The position numbers and the translations under genes are program-made. A stretch of DNA of 64,000 bases from an uncultured Chlamydiales bacterium (GTDB lineage: Bacteria; Chlamydiota; Chlamydiia; Chlamydiales; Rhabdochlamydiaceae), in the NCBI GenBank assembly GCA_963700985.1, contig OY969554.1:1280001-1344000 (forward strand), in the 5' to 3' direction. Each line of letters begins with the position of its first letter. The first letter of the stretch is position 1. The notes beneath the pieces were generated by a model. It was given only the letters and a program-made list of their open reading frames with translations, did no database searches and was not told the DNA's origin. This document shows positions 8,616 through 16,761 of the stretch, piece by piece.

Positions 8616-9574
8616 TGATTAAGCATCTGATGTTCGCTTCATGTATCAGCAGTCTCTGTGCCGAGAGAGATATTTCTTGTTTGGATTTAAATCAATTTAC
8701 GCACGGCACAAAAGAAGAAAGGCGAGAGTTTGCCCGAGACTTTGGAAAGGCGCTTGAACAAACCAGCTGTATTGCCATTCGAAATAGTGGGATTGAGCCT
8801 ACCTTGCTCGATCAAGTGCTTGAGAAAGCAAGCGCATATTTCAAGCTGCCCCTCGATGCCAAAATGCGCGCGAATACGCATGATGGTTTAGTGGGCTACA
8901 CCCCCTTTCAACAAGAACATGCCAGAGATTATCCCATCGGAGATCTGAAAGAGTTTTATCATGTGATGGGAAATTTGCAGCCCGAGCACTTGTGGCCACA
9001 AAAGATCCCGCAGTTTAAAGAGATCATCTTAGCATTTTATGCTGCGTGCAATGCTTGTACACGATCTCTTCTGGAAGCAACCGCTTTGTATCTAGGATGT
9101 GAAGAAAACGAGACCATTTTATCTGACTTTCTCACAGAAGATACGAGCATTCTTCGCCTGCTTCATTACCCTCCGGTGGATGAATCTTCATCAAATTCTG
9201 GCGCCCACCGCTCTCACGAACATGAAGATATCAACTTGATTACCATCATGCCCAAAGCTTCGGCTCCGGGGTTGCAAGTGAAAACACGAGAGGGAAAATG
9301 GATCGACATAATCGTGCCCGATCATACGATCATTGTAACGCCAAGTGATCTATTAGCGCTGATTTCAAAGCAAAAAATCCGCGCTGCTACACATCGGGTA
9401 ATCAACCCTCCCCAAGGTGACAGCTCCACGCGTTACTCCTTTCCATTTTTCGCTTCTCCGTCAGTTAAAGCTTTTCTTCCAGTACTCAATGAAAATGGCA
9501 GAGTAGAATGCTTCATTTCTTACGAAGAGCTGCTCGATAAGCGCTACAAAGAAATAAATCTTAAAAAGGGCTGA
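8615..9574 (+). CDS. 2OG-Fe(II) dioxygenase (isopenicillin N synthase-like)
   Basis: LRLLHYPP, HED (HxD), HRV, RYS motifs; TAATG overlap with the NUDIX gene. Confidence 0.9.
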   Translation: MIKHLMFASCISSLCAERDISCLDLNQFTHGTKEERREFARDFGKALEQTSCIAIRNSGIEPTLLDQVLEKASAYFKLPLDAKMRANTHDGLVGYTPFQQEHARDYPIGDLKEFYHVMGNLQPEHLWPQKIPQFKEIILAFYAACNACTRSLLEATALYLGCEENETILSDFLTEDTSILRLLHYPPVDESSSNSGAHRSHEHEDINLITIMPKASAPGLQVKTREGKWIDIIVPDHTIIVTPSDLLALISKQKIRAATHRVINPPQGDSSTRYSFPFFASPSVKAFLPVLNENGRVECFISYEELLDKRYKEINLKKG

Positions 9575-9676
9575 TATAAATGCCATTTTTCAAATAATGC
9601 AAGGCGCTGTTGTCGTAGGTTTCCAAAAACTATATTTTGATGAAATCGAGACCCTCTGTTACAAGCAGATTAGAGG

Positions 9677-10870
9677 ATGCGCAATATGAGTATTTGGCTG
9701 CTGGCAGCTTTGTGGTTTCTGATGGCTCTGGTGGCGGATTTCTTCTCATTTAAGCTAAAAATCGCGGTCGCCCTTTGTGAAATCGTGGTGGCGCTTCTGG
9801 TAGCCTACCTAATCGGCCTCTGGATGCCTGAATATACCTCTCTCGGATCAGACACTCCTTGGGTTAAAACACTGGCGGGCTTTGGTGCAGTGATGTTGAC
9901 CTTTCTGGCAGGCACTGAGCTCAATCCCGATTCGCTTAAAGGCCAGATGAAAGAGATCTTGCTCATTGGCCTAGCTGGCTTTCTTATCCCCTTTTTAGGT
10001 TGTACAGCTATCGCCTACTATTTGCTGCATTGGAGCATAGCTGCAAGTTGGCTCACAGGCATTGCGCTTTCTACTACTTCTGTGGCGGTGGTTTATGCGG
10101 TGATGTTGGACTTAGGGCTAAATCGCACACGTTTTGGAAGAGCTGTTTTAGCTGCCTGTTTTGTGAACGATCTTGGAACAGTTCTTGCATTAGGATTCAT
10201 CTTTTCGCCCTTCACTTGGAAGTCTCTGGCGTTCATTGGCGCTACGATTGTGGTGCTCTTCATGTTGCCTAAATTGACTAGAAAGACATTTAAAGCTTGG
10301 GGCACACGCCATTCGGAACCTGAAGCTAAGTATCTGCTTTTTTTCTTGTTTGGGTTGGGATTTTTAGCTTATTGGTCGGGAAGCGAACCTGTGCTGCCAG
10401 CCTACATCATGGGCATGGTGATCGCTTCGATTTTTGAAAAAGACACAATGCTGGTAAAGCGCATGCGAGCAATTACATTCGGTTTGCTGACGCCCTTCTA
10501 CTTTTTGCGCGCAGGCGCGCTTGTTTCACTCCCCGCACTCTTTATGGCTCCGCTTGTCTTTGTAGTGCTGTTTTTTGCCAAGATGGTGACCAAAGCAATT
10601 GGCGTCTACCCAGCTGCAAAAATGTCTAAATATCCCGAAAAGGATGCAATTTATACGACACTGCTTATGTCAACTGGGCTGACCTTCGGTACGATTGCGG
10701 CTCTATTTGGGTTAAATAATAACCTAATCGACCAAGGCCAATACTCGCAGATTGTGGCCACGGTGATTGCAAGCGCAATCATTCCGACGCTCATTGCAAA
10801 TGCCTTCTTCTTGCCGCGTCATCATCTCGAAGCTCCAGGCAAAGAGTCGCCCGAGATACCACTCAATTAA
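9677..10870 (+). CDS. Cation:proton antiporter (CPA2/Kef-like)
   Basis: About 12 TM; LSTTSVAVV and FVNDL motifs. Confidence 0.85.
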   Translation: MRNMSIWLLAALWFLMALVADFFSFKLKIAVALCEIVVALLVAYLIGLWMPEYTSLGSDTPWVKTLAGFGAVMLTFLAGTELNPDSLKGQMKEILLIGLAGFLIPFLGCTAIAYYLLHWSIAASWLTGIALSTTSVAVVYAVMLDLGLNRTRFGRAVLAACFVNDLGTVLALGFIFSPFTWKSLAFIGATIVVLFMLPKLTRKTFKAWGTRHSEPEAKYLLFFLFGLGFLAYWSGSEPVLPAYIMGMVIASIFEKDTMLVKRMRAITFGLLTPFYFLRAGALVSLPALFMAPLVFVVLFFAKMVTKAIGVYPAAKMSKYPEKDAIYTTLLMSTGLTFGTIAALFGLNNNLIDQGQYSQIVATVIASAIIPTLIANAFFLPRHHLEAPGKESPEIPLN

Positions 10871-10875
10871 TACGG

Positions 10876-12270
10876 CTATTTGAGGGTGACGTTGCCTTCT
10901 TGATCGATTAAAAACTCGCCTTGCTGCAGAGATTGTGGAGCGCTTTTAGCTACGCCAGCGATTTTGTTAAAGTTAAGTGGGACTTCAGGATTGGCGCGTT
11001 TTTGAGCGAGCTGCTGTTTATGTTTCTCGAGCACGCGTGACACAAATGGCAAACCGAGTGTGACCGTTTGCGAGAGTCTTTGAGGATCTGTATTTCCTAA
11101 CTGTGCATTATTTGCGAGGTTGACCAGCACGGCAGGAATGTAAGTTGGCGTACGGCCCTCTTTTTCCCCTTTTTGCACATCGAGTTGCGCGCTGATCTGA
11201 TCGCGAGTCTTCTGATCGAGCTTAAGCAGTGCAGCACGTAAGGTCTTGCCTTCACCAGGTGTAAAAAGCCTAATCATCGCTCCAAGCCGTGTCAAAACGC
11301 GATCGTTGCGATCGGCAGGGTTTAACCCGAGCCACCCGGCTCTGGTAGTAACATATGCATCATAAGCATCCCATTCGCTCTTTTTAGGATCCTCAAGCAC
11401 GCGGCATGCATCTTGTGTGGCTTGAACGGCCTTGTGTGTAAGTTCGGTGTAAATTAGCGAAGACTGGTTATTGACATGTCCTAAGACTCCGGCCACATCA
11501 CATGTGTGTACAAAAAAATCAAAAGCGAAAGCTGTCGGATCAGAACTTACAATGCCATTCTCTTTCAGGGTGGTGAGCATGGCGGGTCCGCCTTCGAGAT
11601 GGGTTACATGTCCGAAATGCGCAAGATTGGCCACTTTTATTAGAAGGGCTTTTGCAGCTGCAGGAAGTGCAATAAAGGAGGGGCAAAGTTCAGGCTGCGC
11701 TGCCAGGATGTGCATCGCCTCTCCATGAAAATCATCGTGGTCAGGGGCTGAGGCTCCAAAGGGCTTAAATAGGGTGCGAGCCTTTTCGCTTTTTCCCATA
11801 TCACCTAGCACTAAGGCGGTTTCCATAGCTTGAGCCATCTCAATCTGCGTGAGCCCTTGGTAGTTCGATTGCAGCAAGCTCTTTCCCTGCAAGTGAAGCG
11901 CACGAAAGCTCTCTCTAGAAAGCTTAGTTGCCTCTGGTTGAGCCGCAGTAAATTCCTGATAAGCTTTATCGCTGCCATCGAGGATAAGCTTTAAACAGCG
12001 CAGAGTCATAAGCGTGCGATCAAACTCTACAAATTTTTGACCGAAAAGGCGCTCGGAATAAGAGCTACCTAACTTGGCTTCTCCCTCTTCGGTTTTACGC
12101 ACAGTGCTGTCCGCCAGCCAGAGAATTTCCGGGTATTGAGCTATGCTCTTTTCTACCCACGCCCTACCATCCAATTGTGTAAAAACGATCGGTTGGGAGC
12201 TTTTAGCTGCATCTAAATTGAAAGAGGAGAAAAATAGGCTTGCAAGCAGAAGTAAAGATAATTTTTTCAT
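10876..12270 (-). CDS. Exported hypothetical protein, degenerate HD-like motifs
   Basis: 464 aa; signal peptide MKKLSLLLLASLFFSS; LGDMGK, DHDDFH, HLE, HTCDVAG. Confidence 0.6.
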   Translation of the reverse strand: MKKLSLLLLASLFFSSFNLDAAKSSQPIVFTQLDGRAWVEKSIAQYPEILWLADSTVRKTEEGEAKLGSSYSERLFGQKFVEFDRTLMTLRCLKLILDGSDKAYQEFTAAQPEATKLSRESFRALHLQGKSLLQSNYQGLTQIEMAQAMETALVLGDMGKSEKARTLFKPFGASAPDHDDFHGEAMHILAAQPELCPSFIALPAAAKALLIKVANLAHFGHVTHLEGGPAMLTTLKENGIVSSDPTAFAFDFFVHTCDVAGVLGHVNNQSSLIYTELTHKAVQATQDACRVLEDPKKSEWDAYDAYVTTRAGWLGLNPADRNDRVLTRLGAMIRLFTPGEGKTLRAALLKLDQKTRDQISAQLDVQKGEKEGRTPTYIPAVLVNLANNAQLGNTDPQRLSQTVTLGLPFVSRVLEKHKQQLAQKRANPEVPLNFNKIAGVAKSAPQSLQQGEFLIDQEGNVTLK

Positions 12271-12303
12271 TTGAACCCTAGTTTTAAGGGGGAATTATAC
12301 GGC

Positions 12304-13425
12304 TTATGCAATTCCATGGAAGAACTGTTGATGACGCTCAAGCATTTTTTTAAATGTCTTTGCATCGAGCTCTGCTAGTTCAGCCGGAGTTAAGGCTTCC
12401 GTATTGGGAATAAAAGTACCGCCTAAGACACCTCGACAGGGCAAGCCGCTTTGATGTTCAGAACTAACTGCAAGCTTCTTGGGGAACATGTAGATATATT
12501 CTTCTTTTCCATCCTGGAGAAGGGAATGATAGATCATATAATCCAGGTGACCATTTCCAGCTTGTGTATTTAGCAAAAGAAGATGCCCGCGCACAGGAAC
12601 GATCTTTGCATCGCGATTGAGCTCTTTTCCGCCTAAACCAGTGCAATTAAAAATACAAGTTTCTGCGATCTCATCAAAAGAGCCGATGTGTTCATTGGTT
12701 AATGGAATTCCTAGCCTAATAACCTCTGCCATAAGCTGCTGCATGAGGTGCGTGGTGTCCATATAATAGGTCATGTATTTCAGAAAATTGGAATGCTTCA
12801 CGCCCTTACCAAAATCCAGCGTAATCTCTTCTGGCGGAGGGAGCAGTTTACGTGCAGCTAAATCTTTAATGCCCGCTTCGGTATCTTTCCCACAATAGAC
12901 TGGCAGGTAGCGCACAGTCTCTTTACTGAGATAAGCGTGCTTTCCTTGACCGATGCATTCATACACTTTAAAGGTCTCTTCACCGATGACATTTAAGTGC
13001 TCTTGCTCTTCTGGAGATGTCTTTACGGAAACAAAAGCAAAATAGCCGCCTGCACGCCATGAGGCTGTATCGTAAATCTCATCAGCAACAATCCCAACTA
13101 CATTGTATCCAAGACGTTTGAGTTCGATGGCAGCAGTAAGTCCAACGCACCCAGCACCAACCACGCGGATAGGAAGTTGTTTTGAAGAAGCAAAATCGCG
13201 TTGAAAAAGCTGAATCGCCTCATTTACAGATCCAAAAAGCGTGGTCCAACCAGCGCCCCCATGTCCATAGCAATTGATGATCTTCTTTTCCTGCCGGATC
13301 TCCGTTGAGATATTAAACTCTCCTTCACGGGTCGGTCGTGTGCAGGTTATTCGCTGCAAAATTGTTTCTGCACTTATAATTGGTGGTGTGAGTTTGACTT
13401 CAGTAGAAGTTTCTTGAGAAAGCAT
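12304..13425 (-). CDS. D-amino-acid oxidase-like FAD oxidoreductase (circularly permuted)
   Basis: TRP...NCYGHGGAGWT precedes VVGAGCVGL; NCTGLG, PVRGH, YMFP, LGGTF. Confidence 0.85.
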   Translation of the reverse strand: MLSQETSTEVKLTPPIISAETILQRITCTRPTREGEFNISTEIRQEKKIINCYGHGGAGWTTLFGSVNEAIQLFQRDFASSKQLPIRVVGAGCVGLTAAIELKRLGYNVVGIVADEIYDTASWRAGGYFAFVSVKTSPEEQEHLNVIGEETFKVYECIGQGKHAYLSKETVRYLPVYCGKDTEAGIKDLAARKLLPPPEEITLDFGKGVKHSNFLKYMTYYMDTTHLMQQLMAEVIRLGIPLTNEHIGSFDEIAETCIFNCTGLGGKELNRDAKIVPVRGHLLLLNTQAGNGHLDYMIYHSLLQDGKEEYIYMFPKKLAVSSEHQSGLPCRGVLGGTFIPNTEALTPAELAELDAKTFKKMLERHQQFFHGIA

Positions 13426-13962
13426 TTACAAACCTCTTAATCGATAAAGAACATGCAAACTTAGTGGATGATCAAGCGGAAGCTTAGGATGGTGAAAATC
13501 ACCCTTGAGATCGTGCACCATGCCTATTTTTTCCATCACGCGTCTTGAACGAATATTTGCCGGCACGGTGAAGGCGACAATCTCATTTAGCACAAACTTT
13601 TCAAAACCGACTTGCAAGACTGCGCGTGCAGCTTCACTTGCATATCCTTTGCCCCAAGCGTGATAAGCCAGGCGCCAGCCGATCTCTACGCAAGGTGTAA
13701 AATGCGCTTCAAACTCGGGCACATTCAGTCCCACAAATCCGATAAATTCGCCCGTGTCTTTGATCACACACGCAAACATTCCAAATCCCTGTTTCTCGAA
13801 CCTTGTACGGATTTTATTTGCAAATTCTATGGATTCCGCCTCGGTGAGCAGCTTGGGCATACACTCCATGACGCGTGGATCTTTATTCAGCACAATAAAA
13901 GGCGCTAAATCTTCAGGCAACCAGTCTCGAAGGATCAGCCGATCGGTCTCTATCTGTTCCAT
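13426..13962 (-). CDS. GNAT acetyltransferase (RimJ/RimL family)
   Basis: ETDRLILR, EIGWRL, WGKGYASEAA, NIRSRRVMEKIGM. Confidence 0.9.
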   Translation of the reverse strand: MEQIETDRLILRDWLPEDLAPFIVLNKDPRVMECMPKLLTEAESIEFANKIRTRFEKQGFGMFACVIKDTGEFIGFVGLNVPEFEAHFTPCVEIGWRLAYHAWGKGYASEAARAVLQVGFEKFVLNEIVAFTVPANIRSRRVMEKIGMVHDLKGDFHHPKLPLDHPLSLHVLYRLRGL

Positions 13963-14075
13963 ACAAGGTGCCACTATAAATTTCTTAAAATTAAAAATCC
14001 CGCAAGAAGCAAAACTTGGAGAGAGTTTGCCACGCTCTCGCTAGAATTTTATTCAAATAAACAAAGCCATAAGCA

Positions 14076-14104
14076 TCGACTTATAAAAAAGGTAACTTTA
14101 GAAT
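14076..14104 (+). promoter_or_regulatory. Putative sigma66 promoter, conserved in both duplicate copies
   Basis: TCGACT-N17-TAGAAT here and at 15308-15336; hexamers identical, spacers diverged. Confidence 0.55.
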
Positions 14105-14144
14105 AATCTGCCCAAATAGAGGATTTTTTCAAATCAGAGGAATT

Positions 14145-15140
14145 ATGTCAGTACGCTTCGATCCTTCAAGTTCATCAGCTACCAGCCCGCCTACTGTTAC
14201 TTCATCAACGACAACAACTCCTTCAGAAACGGAAAAAACTCAAGCAACAGCACAAAAAAACCTTTGTCCTGGGCCTGGATGTTCTAAACTTGCGACCAAA
14301 CTATGCGGCAGATGCAGAGCAATTTCTTATTGTGACGCACCATGTCAGAGAGCTGATTGGGAAACTCATCGAAAGGCTTGCATACCTATCAATGCACCGA
14401 AAGAAGCTGCTCCTGAAAAAAAAGAAGATCCAGTCGATGCTCTATGGAAATCCATAGAAGCGACAGCTAAATTTTGGCTGGGTGGAGGCATGATAAAAAC
14501 TCTACAATTTGGAACCTTCGAAAATTCCTGCGCCTTCTGGTCCCACATGAATGAACTTCATGAAGATGTGCTTCATGAGACATTTGCCAAAGCTGCTATG
14601 GGACATAAAGGTAATGGTGTTGCATTAGATTTAGGCTGTGGCAGGGGGGAATTTTCTCTTTTTCTTGCCTACACGAAAGAGCAGTCAGAAATAATTGCGG
14701 TTGATAGTTCAAAAGCCGCACTGAATCTTTTGGAGGAGCAAGTCAATCGCAGAAATAGCTCTTTGCTAAAGGAAGGAAAATTAAAAACCGTTCATCAGGA
14801 TATCACCGAATTTAATTTTAACCGCAAATTTGCCCTCATCGTAGCCAATGATGTTTTGCCCTATGTAAATCCGTCAAAACTACGCTCTTTATGGAATAAA
14901 ATATTCGACTCTTTAGAGCCGAACGGGCTTTTTATGGGTTCTTTATTTTATCGTTCGCAAAACCGCCACCTGTTGATTGTTAGAAAGGAAAACTTGATGA
15001 GAGAAATAGGAGCCAATTTTATCGACACACCACATATGGCCAGAAATCTATTAACGCTCACTGGTTATAAAATAGAAATCCTCCAAACTCGTTCTGAAGC
15101 TGAAGCAACTATTGATTTTGTCGCCAGAAAACAGTTCTAG
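14145..15140 (+). CDS. zf-MYND + class I SAM methyltransferase, copy 1 (putative effector)
   Basis: CPGPGC-x7-CGRC-x5-CDAPCQRADWETHRKAC; LDLGCGRG motif I; Ser/Thr/Pro-rich N-terminus. Confidence 0.85.
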   Translation: MSVRFDPSSSSATSPPTVTSSTTTTPSETEKTQATAQKNLCPGPGCSKLATKLCGRCRAISYCDAPCQRADWETHRKACIPINAPKEAAPEKKEDPVDALWKSIEATAKFWLGGGMIKTLQFGTFENSCAFWSHMNELHEDVLHETFAKAAMGHKGNGVALDLGCGRGEFSLFLAYTKEQSEIIAVDSSKAALNLLEEQVNRRNSSLLKEGKLKTVHQDITEFNFNRKFALIVANDVLPYVNPSKLRSLWNKIFDSLEPNGLFMGSLFYRSQNRHLLIVRKENLMREIGANFIDTPHMARNLLTLTGYKIEILQTRSEAEATIDFVARKQF

Positions 15141-15381
15141 CATATCAAGATGCATCTATCCCCCTAAAACCTGGATCAGTCTCTATCTGTTCCATACAAG
15201 GCACCACTAAAAATTTCTTAAAATTAAAAATCCTGCATGAAGAGAGCTGAAAAAGTTTGTCCCTCACGCTGAAAGTTTTATCTTGAAACGGAAGAAAGCT
15301 ATAAACATCGACTAAAAAACGAGGTAAATTTAGAATATGTAGCCCAATTATAGAGGTTTTTTTTCAAATTAAGAGGAAATT

Positions 15382-16377
15382 ATGTCAGTACGCTTCGATC
15401 CTTCAAGTTCATCAGCCACCACCCAGACTACTGTTACTCCATCAACGCCTCAGCCTCCTACTGAAACTGAAAAAACTAAGCTAGTAGCACAAAAAAAACT
15501 TTGCCCTGGGCCTGAATGCTCTAAACCTGCAACCAAACTATGCAGCCGATGCAAAGCAATTTCTTATTGTAGCGCAGAGTGTCAGAAAGCTGATTGGAAA
15601 ACTCATCAAAAGGCTTGTATACCGATCAATGCTCCGAAAGAAGCTACACCTGAAAAAAAAGAAAATCCAGTCGATGCCTTATGGAAATCCATTGAAGCAA
15701 CGACTAAATTTTGGCTGGGCGGAGGGCGAATAGAAACTTTAGGTTTTGGAAGTTTCGAAAATTCGAGTGCGTTCTGGTCATTTATGGCCAAAGATCATCA
15801 AGGGGTGGCTTCCAAAACATTTGTAGAAGCTGCGGAAAAGCCTATAGGTAAAGGTGTTGCGTTAGATTTAGGCTGTGGCAATGGAGCATTTTCCCTTTAT
15901 CTTTTATACAGAGGATGGAAAGTAGTTGCCGTTGATATAGCAAAAGGCGCTTTGGATATTCTGGAAAAGCAAGCAAACCTCAGAGATGGTTCTTTGATAA
16001 AAACGGGAAAACTAAGAATTGTTCATCAAGATGTCAACGAATTTGATCTTTCAGAAAAATTTGATGTGATTATTGCCAACGATGTTTTGCCCTACTTAAA
16101 TCCCTCAAAGCTTCGCTCTGTATGGGATAGAATCCATAATTCTCTAGAGCCTAATGGGCTTTTTATGGGATCTCTATTGTACCGTTCAAAAACTAGTTCT
16201 CCGCTCTATGCTCAAATGGTAGAGTTTATGACAAGGATGGGAGCTAATTTTATCGACGGGCCGCAAACCGCTGAAGAGCTATTAAAGCTCACAGGTTATA
16301 AAACAGAGATTTTCAAAATTCGGTATAACGAACGAGTTGAAACAACTATTGATTTTGTCGCCAGAAAACCTGCCTAA
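15382..16377 (+). CDS. zf-MYND + class I SAM methyltransferase, copy 2 (putative effector)
   Basis: CPGPEC...CSRC...YCSAECQKADWKTHQKAC; LDLGCGNG. Confidence 0.85.
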   Translation: MSVRFDPSSSSATTQTTVTPSTPQPPTETEKTKLVAQKKLCPGPECSKPATKLCSRCKAISYCSAECQKADWKTHQKACIPINAPKEATPEKKENPVDALWKSIEATTKFWLGGGRIETLGFGSFENSSAFWSFMAKDHQGVASKTFVEAAEKPIGKGVALDLGCGNGAFSLYLLYRGWKVVAVDIAKGALDILEKQANLRDGSLIKTGKLRIVHQDVNEFDLSEKFDVIIANDVLPYLNPSKLRSVWDRIHNSLEPNGLFMGSLLYRSKTSSPLYAQMVEFMTRMGANFIDGPQTAEELLKLTGYKTEIFKIRYNERVETTIDFVARKPA

Positions 16378-16435
16378 AAATCCTACAACTCCTTTCAACG
16401 CACCTATGCGCAAATCATAAAAAAGCGAATAGGTT

Positions 16436-16711
16436 CTATTTAAAAAGATCTTCAAACCCCTGCTTAGAGGGCCTATTCGGTGCAGCCGGAGCTTTGCCCA
16501 AAAGAGAAAACTCCTCGCAGAAATTGTTCGCGCTGCGATCTGAGATGCATTCTGTGCCCGGAATCATGCAGTCATTTGCAAGGCCAGGTTTGTAATATTT
16601 ACAATTCTTGCAGCAGTGCAACCCCATATTGCACTTGTCGCACACCGCGCGAAAAGAGAGTTTTCTCATTGGAGGATCTTCAAGATGCGCACCACAATTC
16701 CAGCAATCCAT
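16436..16711 (-). CDS. Small Cys-rich (probably Zn-binding) protein
   Basis: CxxC...CxxC...LHCCKNCKYY...C...NFCEEF. Confidence 0.7.
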   Translation of the reverse strand: MDCWNCGAHLEDPPMRKLSFRAVCDKCNMGLHCCKNCKYYKPGLANDCMIPGTECISDRSANNFCEEFSLLGKAPAAPNRPSKQGFEDLFK

Positions 16712-16761
16712 GAAATTCGATAGTCCCTTAATGCTTAAATTGGTAAAGAATTATAGATAAG

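Larger units (their letters stand above)
13941..16377 (+). repeat. Tandem duplication, about 1.23 kb unit (about 13941-15140 and 15174-16377)
   Basis: gatc(g/a)gtctctatctgttccatacaagg...aaatttcttaaaattaaaaatcc at 13941 and 15174; both CDS begin atgtcagtacgcttcgatccttcaagttcatcagc. Confidence 0.9.

Noticed and set aside
9575-9690. Fluoride or other riboswitch before the cation:proton antiporter
   Set aside because: Only a weak CCTCT/AGAGG pairing over the RBS; no recognisable aptamer consensus.
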